The notes under the pieces are model-generated. The model was not told the DNA's origin, did not search any database, and saw nothing but the letters and a program-made list of their open reading frames with translations. Below, in pieces: positions 38,768-49,585 of a DNA stretch of 64,000 nt. Source of the DNA: Fonticula alba ATCC 38817 (lineage: Eukaryota > Protista > Nucleariida). The stretch lies in assembly GCA_000388065.2 (NCBI GenBank), contig KB932205.1; one strand, 5' to 3'. The first letter of the stretch is position 1. The number at the start of each line of letters is the position of its first letter. The translations under genes and the position numbers were made by a program.

Positions 38768-39024
38768 AGGGGGGAGGAGGGGAGGAGGAGGGGGGCGGGG
38801 CGGGTATGCGTACACTCTTCGCCAAGTAGGATGGCTGGCCCTGGGGGAGGGCGGCGGCGGCTCGAGGTGGGGGCCAAGAGCCAGGGAAAGTGACCGGCAA
38901 CAGCTTCGGAGGTAGGGGCGTGCGCGCGTGCTCTCACATGCAGAAGGGCGGCCTACGATGGGAGGAGGGGAGGCGATGTCAGAAAGGGAGTGGCGAGGAG
39001 CGGGGGAGATGGGAGGGGGAAGGG

Positions 39025-39108
39025 CGTTCAGGTAAACCCGTTTGGCTGTGGGCACTGCATTTATCAGCAGAGTCTCGTATGACTGGGGCGGCAGGGTCTC
39101 ATCAGGAC
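39025..39108 (-). ncRNA. snR67: Box C/D snoRNA, snR67/U31-like (predicted LSU Gm2619 equivalent)
   Basis: C CTGATGA (39105-39099); guide TGCCGCCCCAGT antisense to LSU (A/G)CUGGGGCGGCA; degenerate D' CATA; D CTGA (39031-39028). Confidence 0.85.
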
Positions 39109-39366
39109 AAGGGAGGGGGGAGGGGGAAGGAGGCGTACTCTGACTGTGTGAGGAGGGGGGAAGCTCGCGTCGCAGGCGCAGACATACTCCAAGATGCCCG
39201 GTCCCCAGAGGGAAGGGGGCTCTCTCTCATGGATCTCCAACACTATGGGACTGCTTGGGGAGGGGGCTATCGAGAGGAGAGGGGGAAGGGGGGGGGCGAG
39301 AGGAGTTAGAAGGAGGGAGACATGTGGAGGGGAGGAGGGAGGAGAGGAGGGGGGGGGGATGACAGA

Positions 39367-39481
39367 CGCCGAGTGATCAGCTAAAGCTGGCTTGCGCCGT
39401 AGGGGGATACCCAACGACGGGCAAAATTTCTTCAACACGGTCGTTTTGACGGGATAAGAAGACAAGGCATCATTTCGGCGC
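39367..39481 (-). ncRNA. snR190: Box C/D snoRNA, snR190/SNORD12-like
   Basis: Terminal stem CGCCGA/TCGGCG; C ATGATGC; GTCTTCTTATCCCG-T-CAAA near-antisense to LSU CGGGGAAAGAAGAC (G2395 region); internal GACCGTGTTGA and 3' GCCAGCTTTAG-CTGA resemble recalled SNORD12/snR190 elements. Confidence 0.75.
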
Positions 39482-39919
39482 GCGTCTGCGGAGGGGCAAT
39501 GGCAGGAGAATGGAGGGGGGGGGGAGAACGCGCGGGGGGGGAAGCGGGTAACGAACCAGACACAGTGGGGGGGAAAGGGGGCACAGAGAGAGCGCGAGTG
39601 AAGGAGTGGGCGGCGTGGGATCCTCCGACAGCACGAGACACGCAAGCACAAGAGCCGGCCACCAAGAAGGAGCACATCCACACAGTGCCAAGGTCTCCTT
39701 CCGGTGGTAAGCGGGCACACGCGCAGCAGCAGCAGCGAGCATGCACACAAACACACAGGCAAAGGCACAGAGAGAGGAGAGGCAAGACACGGGGGGGGGT
39801 GGGAGCACAAGGTGGGGCACAGCGCACGCGATGCAAGGCTGAAAGAGGGCCGCCTCACTCCACACAGAGTGAGGCTGTGACCCTCTTCGCTTCGTCTTCA
39901 GTGGCCGCCCGGCGGCCCC

Positions 39920-39938
39920 TTATATAGTAGGCCATTTT
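39920..39938 (-). promoter_or_regulatory. TATA box (TATATAAG) and AAAATGGC element upstream of the snoRNA host
   Basis: Rare AT-rich TATATAA in ~70% GC DNA, positioned upstream of the first host exon. Confidence 0.55.
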
Positions 39939-42926
39939 CCCCCTCGACGCTCCCCCGCCCCCCTCCGTCCCGCCCCCCCCAGGGCGCGGGGGGGCCTGTG
40001 GCAAGACGTCCCCGGGGCGGGGCTGGCCGGGCAACGATTCGAGCAGCACCGGAGAGGAAGGCCACCAGAGCCAGGCTGGGGCGGGGCGCGAAGGGGGGGG
40101 GGGGGGCCGACCATGCAGCCGCCCCGTGCCCGGCCTCCAGGGGACTCACTCCCCCATGCCGGGACACACGGCGCCCATGCGACACGGTCGCCGAGGACCA
40201 GGCCGCCGGGCACGACTGGCGCCGGAGCCACCACCAAGAGCTGGCGGGCCCCAGGAGTCGCCCCCCCCCCCCCGCCCTGGTCGGCAAATGACCCGACCGC
40301 CGGGGTAGGGCAGCGGAGTGCGCTGATCCGCGAGTGCTCGCCCCTTCCCGTCCCAAGGCCCGCACCCAAGCGGGGCACGGCAGACGGAGCAAGCCGGCTG
40401 GCGAACCGGGAGGGGCGCGTCACACACGCACCCCCCCGGCTGCCCTCCTCCCCGGCCCCCGGGCGGAGACAAAAACCGAACCCACGTTGGGCGCCAAAAA
40501 AGAGCGGCGCCGAGCGACAAGCCCGCCTCTTCCCTCGTGGCATAAAAGGGGGAGGGGGAAAGCCCGGTGGACCGGGGATGCCTCTCGCGCTGGGCGTGCG
40601 TCCTCCCCCGTTCTCGCTGGTCCCCGCCCCCCCCCCCATGGCCACTCGGAACAGCGGGCCCCTTTGTCGAAGGCAAGGAGCACAGCGCCAAACCCCGCAG
40701 CACGACCGGTCCGCACGAAGGTGCTGGAAAGAGACGGCCGCCTGGTGCCTTCGCCCGGTGTCTGGTCTCCCTTTTCTCCGCCGCCTACGGCCCCCCCTCG
40801 GTCCTAATGTGCACTCTCCGAGGAGGCAGGAAACAAGGGACCGCCCGGCCCCGGCCTCCAGCGGGCGACCGCGCGGACAGCCGGGTGGGAGGATTTCTAT
40901 ATAATGCCATTGTGGTTCCATGATGGACTAAGTGGCATTGTTGAGGGTGCACATGATTCCGTCGGGGACTTGGAATCTCAATTCAAAGGGGGCGTGTTTT
41001 AAGAGCGTTCGGGACGGAGATGATCACATTGGCCTCTCCTGCCGGCGCCCGTTCTGAATCAACCTCACTCGTTGCCGGCCAGTCTAGAGCTTTATTGCTG
41101 AATAAAAAGCACCCTTTTTTGTTGCAAACGACCAACAGGCCGTGTGCCCAACGAGATTGTTGCCGCCATGTTTCGGCCCACCTCCTCTCTCGCTCGGATC
41201 GGACCGTCGCCGGCCGAGCGAACGGTCTCCTATTGGGTTGGTGTATTCTCTTCGGCACAGACCGCCCCACGAAAGCAGGGCGCCCGGGTCTGTGGGATGC
41301 CCCACCCCGGGCGGGGGGGGGGGGGGGACTTGACAGTGCCCGAGGGCTGCCGCGGCCTGCCTCCCTGGGCGTCGGCGAGTCGGCCCGAATGCCGGCGGAC
41401 GGGGTGGAAAAACTCAGGATGGCCTCCCCACTGCGGGGGGCGCCCCCGCGCGCCGCGAGAGTCGCGCCAGCACCAGACCTGGAAATGCGAGGGGGAGGGG
41501 AGGCTGAACGTCGCGCGAGCCCCTGTTGGATGTACCCCCAGGCTCTTTTTTGCAGTACCGAAGACCAGGCACGCGCGGGAGCGGCGAGGGGCGAAGGTAC
41601 CGTCCAGTGTCCTCTCCCCCCGCCCCCCGTGGGCACATGAAGCCCTGCGCCGCCGGGCTGGTGGCCATGCGCCAGGGGGCTGCTTGTGTGTGCCTATGCC
41701 CGGGGGCGGTGCAGTGCAGTGTGCGTCCGGGTCCCTGGTCCCTTTTGCCAGGGGCCTGGGCAAGCAGTCCCCCCGCCCCCCCCCCCGGGAGTCCGTGCCT
41801 AACTGGGGGGGGGGGGAGAGACGTGTTGCCCGGGGGCGGGGGCTGGTGGCAGGCAGGCGGGTGTGGACGGATGGCCGGCAAGGGGGGGGGACGCCCGCTT
41901 CCGCCGATCCGCCCCCCCCCCTCCCTGCATATCTCCTCGGACACCGCCCTCCCTCCCTGAGTGGTGGGAGGTCGGCGGATGGCGTGCACAAACGGGCGGG
42001 GATTTTTCAGCCGGACTATTGCCCGGCGCACTCCGGAAAGGGTTCGTCCTCGCCAGCCCGACCCGTTTTCCATTTGTTATCCCTAACTTTTGAGGTAAAG
42101 GTCGTAAGGTCCGTATTTATCCCTTCCCCCTTTCCCCCTCCTCCTTTCCTCCCTCTCCTCCCCCCCCCCTCTCGTGTGCGTGTACACGTCCACATCCGCG
42201 GATGGTCCTGCCGTCGTCGGGCGTAGATGCTGTGTGGCCGGCCGGCCCGCCCCTCTCCCCCCTCCCTCCCCGTGAGCGCGTATCCACACCCGCCTGCGTG
42301 TGCGGTTGGGCCGATCTGCGCGCGTTTCTCGCCCCCCCCTCCTCCGTCGCCCTCGGGGGCTGTCGTGTCTCCCCTTCTCCTCTCTCCCTCGCTCGCCCCG
42401 TGGCTGTCACTTCGACGTGAGGAGATGGGGGGACACCTGGATGCGCCGCGCCCATACTCGCTCGCTCTCGTGCGCGCGGGCATGTGTGTCTGCATGGGGG
42501 GGGAGGCCTGGATTGTCTCGCCTCCGACTGCGCGGCAGCAGGAGGGCCCCCCGCCCCGCGCCCGGCACATGGCCAAGTGCCCTCCCTGCCTTGTGCCTGG
42601 TCGCGCAAGGGCGGGGGGGGAGAACCGTGTGCTGTGTCCACCCACGACGATCCGCCTCCATCGTGTGGACGGCATCGGATGTACCACCACGGATGCTGCA
42701 TCCGATGTTCCCCCCCTGATGAGCGAGCGTCGTGTCGCCTGTGGGAGGGCCATGCTCTCTCTCCCTCCCTCCCTCATCCTTTCCTCCTCTGGAGCCCAAG
42801 CGTAACCTCCCCCCCTCGTGCCGAGACTGACTCTCCCTCTCCCCCTCGCTGCGCGCCCGCCCCCTTCACCGCCGCCCCCCTCCCGCCCGTTCGTTTATCC
42901 CCCTCTCCTCCTCTCGCACAGCAAAA

Positions 42927-43694
42927 ATGCGCCCGGTCCAGACTCTCCAGAAGATTGTCTACCCGGAGGACGTCTCCTGCAAGTTCAACGGCCGCACCGT
43001 CACCGTCACCGGTCCCCGCGGTACCCTGACTCGCACCTTCGACTACGTCTCCATCGAGCTTAAGCACAACAAGGCCTCTCGCACCATCAGCGTTTGCGTC
43101 TGGTTCGGCCACCGCAAGCATGTTGCCTGCGTCAACACCATCGTCACCCACATCAAGAACATGATCACCGGTGTGACCAAGGGCTTCGAGTACAAGATGC
43201 GCTACGTCTACAACCATTTCCCCATCAACGTCATCGTCGAGGGTGGCAAGTCCGTTGAGATCCGCAACTTCCTGGGTGAGCGCCGCGTCCGCGTCATCGA
43301 GATGCTCGGCGAGACCGTTGCTGCTCCCTCCTCCATGAAGGATGAGCTCATCCTCACTGGTAACGACATCGACCACGTCTCCCAGTCCGGTGCGTGTCAC
43401 ACAGCCCCTTCTTTTTTTTTTCGCGCACGTGTCCTCTGCGGCGCGCTTGCTTCGTCCTCGCTCCGATGACGTGCCTGGCCCCCCCCCTCTCTCTCTCTCT
43501 CTCCTCTCTCACACACATACTGATCGTCCCTCTCTCCTCCCCTTCCCTTCCCCTGCGCGCGCCCGTGTGACGTGTGTGCCCCCCCCACAGCCGCCTCCAT
43601 CCAGCAGGCCTGCCTTGTCAAGAACAAGGATATCCGTAAGTTCCTTGACGGTATCTACGTCTCTGAGCGCGGCACTGTTGTCAAGGACGATTAA
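42927..43694 (+). CDS. RPL9: 60S ribosomal protein L9 (uL6)
   Basis: [63 protein letters not shown]; intron 43390-43590. Confidence 0.98.
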
Positions 43695-44160
43695 GTCGCC
43701 ACAACCTGTTGGTCGCGTGCGGTCGTCTGAGGGGGGGTGGCGCCGCTCTCGGTGCTCGCTCATGCGTGCGTGCACCCATGTCCCTGCGGCTGCGCGGGGG
43801 GGGGGCGCGCCGGCACCAACCGTGTGCAACTCCCCCTCCCCCGCTCCCTCTCGGCCGCGCTCGCGCGCGTCCTTCTTGTCGTGTCTCGATATGTGCTTCC
43901 TCCCACATTACGCTCGTCATCAATACAGAAAGCATGATCTTTTCCCGTCTCTCCTTCTCTCTCCGTGCCTCTTCGCCGCGTGTGTGTTGTCAAGTGCGCA
44001 TTCGGGCGCGAGCCGCCCCCTCTCTCTCCTCCTCGGGGCCGGGGGCGGGGGGGGGGATCGAGCAGCCTCCCGACACGCGCGCGATGGGTCGGCGGGGCTT
44101 CTCCTCCACGGCCGTTGACCCTGCGTGAGGTGGGGATTTGTTGCAGGACGGATGTTCCTG

Positions 44161-44198
<38 letters not shown>

Positions 44199-45452
44199 TG
44201 GCGGGGACGGAGGCATGCATCTGCCAGGGGAACGCCTTGTCTCTCTCTCTTTCTCTCGGATCGCGGCTCCCTCGGGCGGCCCCCTTCCGGCGCTTTGGAG
44301 GAGGACGAGAAGTAAGGCAAGCAGGGCCACCCCTCGCCCTCCTCGGGGATGCGTGTCCCAAGGCGCGTTCCATGCCCCGGCAAGGGAGTGCGCGGCAGGA
44401 CGCCGCCGCCGCCGCCGCACATTGTCATGGGCCAGACCATGGAGATGTGCCATCTTCTCCGGTCGCTGCCGCGAGCCGCCACCGCGCGCATGCCCTTCTC
44501 CTCGGCCCGGGGCTTTCTGTTGGCCGCCTTTCCCGATGACGGATTTTCTTGCCCAGTGCGAGGGACATTCCTCCGGACAGGAAGGGGACTCCCTCCTGTG
44601 CATGGCTCGGCTCCGGGGAGGAAAGGCCCCCCTCGCGCATGGACGCGCGCGCCTCTCCGGACACATAGACGCGGAGCATCGCCCATCGAAAGCCACACTG
44701 CCAGGGCCACTGGCGAGGCCCGGCGGCACGGCCCAACAGGGCGGGAGAGCGGGGCTTCTCCGAGCGCGCGCGCGCTGCTCGGCCGGGGATGGCAGGGGCG
44801 CCTGGGGCCTACATGCCACCGTTCGGGGCTCCCCCTCCCCGCCCGGTTCGGGCGCATCGGCCAACCTTGCGGCAGGGCCGGCCAATACGCCGGCAGTCGC
44901 CGGGCCCGAAGACCCAATTAACACCATTTGGTTAACTCATAGGACATTACACAAGCGCAATCACATGTGCCACAGGCGTAAATACACGGTAAATGTCCCC
45001 CCCTCCCTAGAGTCTCGTCCGTGCTGGCATTCACTCGACCTATGGGGTCCCGTGTCGGGCTCCCCGGTCAGGGAAATTGATTCCAGCTCCTGCCGAATGA
45101 TGAGTATGCGGGGGGAGGGACGCGGGGAGGGGGGGGGTGCGGACCGAGCGGGGGGATGTTACCGTTCTTTCGCAGACCCTCGCCCGCCGGGAGCCGGGGG
45201 TAGGAGGGGGGGGGAACGCGAGTGGCCGATTCGCGGTAGACCTGCCGGGATTGGGTTGCAATTGCGCCGCGCCACGATTTCCCCTGAGGCCCGATTTTCC
45301 CCACGGTGGGCGGCGTCGTCGCCCCCCTCCGCCGGCCAGCCATTTGGGTTGCCAGCCTGCGGCCCTCCGGCTGCACCGGCTCCCAAACAGCAGCCACCCC
45401 CCTTTGCTCCCCTTTGCACCTTTGTCATCTCCCTACTGGCCGTCGTCGCATC

Positions 45453-46701
45453 ATGTTCCTCTCCCGGTCCCTGGTCCGGGCTGGCGCGTCCCTCCGCAAC
45501 ACCACCTCCCTCGTATGTGTTCCCTGCGTGGCCCTTTTGCCGTTCCCCTGGTCCTCTGTCTCGCCCCCCTCCCTCGCCGGCTAACACTGCTCGCGCTCGC
45601 GCTCGCGCTGGCCGCTCTTCGCAGATTTCCGTGCGTGCGTTCACCCAGAGCGTTCCCCGGCGCAACGAGGACAGCCCCTTCTCGTCGGCCGGCGTCCCGC
45701 AGGAGACCGCTGCCCGTAGCCCGGTCGTTGACACCGGTGTTTTCAATGAGGTGAACCTCCAGATCGAGGACTTCCCCGGCATTGCCCAGGGGGCCTTCGA
45801 CCCGTCTATCACCGCCAAGCTCCTGGCCCCCCTGGACCCCGATGAGATTGAGATCAAGCCCGGTACGTGCACGAACGCGCGCGCGCGCGCACACACACAC
45901 ACACACATGCATGGTTTGCAAATGTGCATATACACGCCGCCTGCCTGGTGTCTCTCTCCCTCTCTCTCTCTCTGACAAGAGCCCCCTCCCGACAGACGGC
46001 CTGATCTATCTGCCTGAGATCAAGTACCGCCGCATCCTGAACGCCTCCCTCGGCCCCGGCGGCTGGGGTATGGTCCCCCGCAGCCCGCACACCTTCCAGG
46101 ACCGGATCCTCTCGCGCGAGTATGCCCTCTTCGCCATGGGTCGCTTCGTGGGCCAGGCACGCGGCGAGCAGGTGTGTTGCCTCGTCCTCCTCTCTCTCTC
46201 CCCCCCCCCCCGTCCGACTTGCCCTTGCTCACTCTCGTTCTCCCGTCGCGCCTCTTCCCATGGCAGATTGTCTTCGACCGCCATGGCTTCCCCACCGCCT
46301 CCGAGGGTGTCAAGTCCAACGCCCTGGTGCGCTGCTGCAAGGATCTCGGCATTGCCAGCGAGCTCTGGGACCCGCGCTTCATCCTCGAGTGGAAGCAGAA
46401 GTATGCCGTCGAGCGCTGGTGCGTGTTTCCTCGTCTCTGCCCGCCTCCTCCCCGCGCATCCCCTCGCCGGCATTCCGCCACCTACTCACGCTTCTCCGCG
46501 CCCCCGCCGGACTGCCGGCAACACAGGGTCACCGACACCCGCACCAACAAGAAGTCCAAGGCCTGGCGCCGCAACGACCGCGTCTTCGACGCCCCTCTCG
46601 TCGAGTCGACCTTCTCCTCCAGCGCGGCTGGCGGTGCCAAGCCCGGGGTCCCCGGTGCTGGCGGTGCGCCCCCCGGCGCCGGTGCCCCCCAGACTCGCAC
46701 C
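45453..46701 (+). CDS. MGM101: Mitochondrial genome maintenance protein Mgm101 (Rad52-like); 3' end in a gap
   Basis: Presequence MFLSRSLVRAGASLR; core [68 protein letters not shown]. Confidence 0.93.
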
Positions 46702-48350
46702 NNNNNNNNNNNNNNNNNNNNNNNNNNNNNNNNNNNNNNNNNNNNNNNNNNNNNNNNNNNNNNNNNNNNNNNNNNNNNNNNNNNNNNNNNNNNNNNNNNN
46801 NNNNNNNNNNNNNNNNNNNNNNNNNNNNNNNNNNNNNNNNNNNNNNNNNNNNNNNNNNNNNNNNNNNNNNNNNNNNNNNNNNNNNNNNNNNNNNNNNNNN
46901 NNNNNNNNNNNNNNNNNNNNNNNNNNNNNNNNNNNNNNNNNNNNNNNNNNNNNNNNNNNNNNNNNNNNNNNNNNNNNNNNNNNNNNNNNNNNNNNNNNNN
47001 NNNNNNNNNNNNNNNNNNNNNNNNNNNNNNNNNNNNNNNNNNNNNNNNNNNNNNNNNNNNNNNNNNNNNNNNNNNNNNNNNNNNNNNNNNNNNNNNNNNN
47101 NNNNNNNNNNNNNNNNNNNNNNNNNNNNNNNNNNNNNNNNNNNNNNNNNNNNNNNNNNNNNNNNNNNNNNNNNNNNNNNNNNNNNNNNNNNNTCCTGCTC
47201 ACCCGGCGCTGCGTCTTCCGTGCTGGGGGGGGGACGCGGGTAGTATGCTGGCCTGTGTGCATGCGGGGCCCGGCTCGCCCCCCTCCACTCCGCCTGAATA
47301 TGGTTCGGCGGGACAATGAAGGGGGGTGCCGGGCAGCCCGCCGGTGCCTCTGCCCTCTCTGGCTCGTGGCCGGGGCGGAAGGCCTTGTCGGTGCGATGGT
47401 AGTTGACTAAAGATCCGTCGGCACTTGTCCGTGGCCAGGCGGGTCGTCCAGTATTCTGCCGACCGCCGGCCCTTTAATATTCGACCCGGTATATTTGCTC
47501 CAAAGGGACACCTCCTCGGCGGCTGGCGGGGCGACTTTCGGGGGCTGGTCCCTTTGTGTGCCTGACGTATGTGTTTCCCGAGGCAGACCGGGGGCGGGGC
47601 GGGGCCGTCGTGGGCGGAGATAGGCAGGGAGTCGCAGCCCCCCCCCCCCGCCCCTGTCCGGGGAGGGTGCTGGCGCGCGCGCGCATATTTGCACCGCCAG
47701 GTGGCCAGCATTCTTCCGAGAATTGTCACCCTGTCCGCTGGGGCTCCATGCATATGCGCGCGCGGCCCTTGTGCATGCGTCTGTGGGCCGGTCTGTTTAC
47801 ACACATTCGGCGTCCGATCTTGATGTGCGCTCGGCCTCCCCCCNNNNNNNNNNNNNNNNNNNNNNNNNNNNNNNNNNNNNNNNNNNNNNNNNNNNNNNNN
47901 NNNNNNNNNNNNNNNNNNNNNNNNNNNNNNNNNNNNNNNNNNNNNNNNNNNNNNNNNNNNNNNNNNNNNNNNNNNNNNNNNNNNNNNNNNNNNNNNNNNN
48001 NNNNNNNNNNNNNNNNNNNNNNNNNNNNNNNNNNNNNNNNNNNNNNNNNNNNNNNNNNNNNNNNNNNNNNNNNNNNNNNNNNNNNNNNNNNNNNNNNNNN
48101 NNNNNNNNNNNNNNNNNNNNNNNNNNNNNNNNNNNNNNNNNNNNNNNNNNNNNNNNNNNNNNNNNNNNNNNNNNNNNNNNNNNNNNNNNNNNNNNNNNNN
48201 NNNNNNNNNNNNNNNNNNNNNNNNNNNNNNNNNNNNNNNNNNNNNNNNNNNNNNNNNNNNNNNNNNNNNNNNNNNNNNNNNNNNNNNNNNNNNNNNNNNN
48301 NNNNNNNNNNNNNNNNNNNNNNNNNNNNCCCCCCCCGCGCGCGCGCGCAG

Positions 48351-49552
48351 CATCCTCACCGAGGAGTTCCTCTACCTTCAGACCACATTCCAGGACCAGC
48401 AGGCCTCCGCCGGTGTGCTGCGCATCAACCGCGATGACGGCGCCATCTCCCTCGAGCGTATGTCCATCCTTCCTGGATTCTGCCCCTCCCCTCCCCGCCC
48501 TACAGCTCCGGCTGCTGCCCTGCTCTCTGACCCCCCTTTGCTCTTACCTCCTCGAAAGGCGAGATGCCCAGCGGCTCCCCGAAGCTGATCGATGCCTTCC
48601 TCGGCCTGATCAACCTCCACAGCGGTGCGTGCCCTCCTGTCTGCATGTGTCTTGCTCCGGTTGCTCGCTGGCATGCCGGATGCCCTAACCCTGTCTCCCC
48701 CCTCCCAGGCCTGCACATGGTCACCGTCGAGGCCTCCCGCCGTGTTGGCCGCATCGGCGAGTCCGATGCCGTTTACATGCTGCAGGATGTTTCCATCACG
48801 CGCATCTCCCGCAGCCCCGAGGACAACCTCACCCCTGTGCAGGTACGCAGCCTCCCCCTGCACCGTTTCTCGGATGACCCACCTGCCTTCCAGACATCTC
48901 ACCCCCCCCCCCCCGCCTTCCCCCTTCCCCTGTCCGTCATGCGCAGCTCTCCACCGATCGTGACCATTGCGACATGATCGCCCGGCTGCTGGTCAAGGGC
49001 GGCTTCTACTTCAGCCCTACCTACGATCTGAGCCGGTCGCTGCAGGCCCAGCGTGACCTGCAGCAGGCCAACCCCGCGTACCAGGACAAGCTCCTGAGCC
49101 GGCGCTTCGACACTGCCTTCAACTGGGCCTCCTTCCTGCAGTTCCCCCTGATGAAGCAGATCATGGCCGACTCGACTGGCAGCCTGGCCGGCGCCGCTGC
49201 CTTCCTGATGCCCATCATGTGTGGCTTCGTCTCCATCAGCCCCGTCACCATGTCCAACGGCCGGTCCTTCGATTACATCCTGCTCACCCGGCGCTGCGTC
49301 TTCCGTGCTGGCACCCGCTACAACACTCGCGGTGTGGATAGCACCGGGCGCGTGGCCAACTACAACGAAACCGAGGTCCAGGTCCGCCTGGCCGGTGCCT
49401 CCGGCCCGGGTGACATTATGTCCTACCGTCAGACCCGCGGTTCGATGCCCTTCTACTGGCGCCAGATCACCAACCTGCGCTACACCCCGGCGTTGGAGTT
49501 TGACAACCTCGCTCTTTGTGTGCGTCCGCGCCTTTTGCCGTTCTCTCTCCCT

Positions 49553-49585
<33 letters not shown>

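Larger units (their letters stand above)
36980..39895 (-). ncRNA. Spliced non-coding snoRNA host gene (UHG/GAS5-like architecture)
   Basis: TATATAA at 39926-39920. Repeated unit of snoRNA, branch point (CTAAC/CTGAC), pyrimidine tract, YAG, short exon, GT donor (e.g. exons 39266-39188 and 38952-38938). AATAAA near 37003. No credible ORF. Boundaries approximate. Confidence 0.75.

Noticed and set aside
42620-42730. Two adjacent hairpins and a CTGATGA upstream of RPL9
   Set aside because: No H box or ACA tail, and no guide before a D box.
44925-45110. GGACATT/AATGTCC hairpin and an isolated ATGATGA
   Set aside because: No H/ACA boxes and no nearby D box with a guide; likely MGM101 promoter sequence.
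47214-47247. 34-nt exact copy of SAC1 coding sequence (TCCTGCTCACCCGGCGCTGCGTCTTCCGTGCTGG; original at ~49279-49313)
   Set aside because: It sits right at a gap edge and runs into a G homopolymer; most likely a contig-end assembly artefact, not a duplication or regulatory element.
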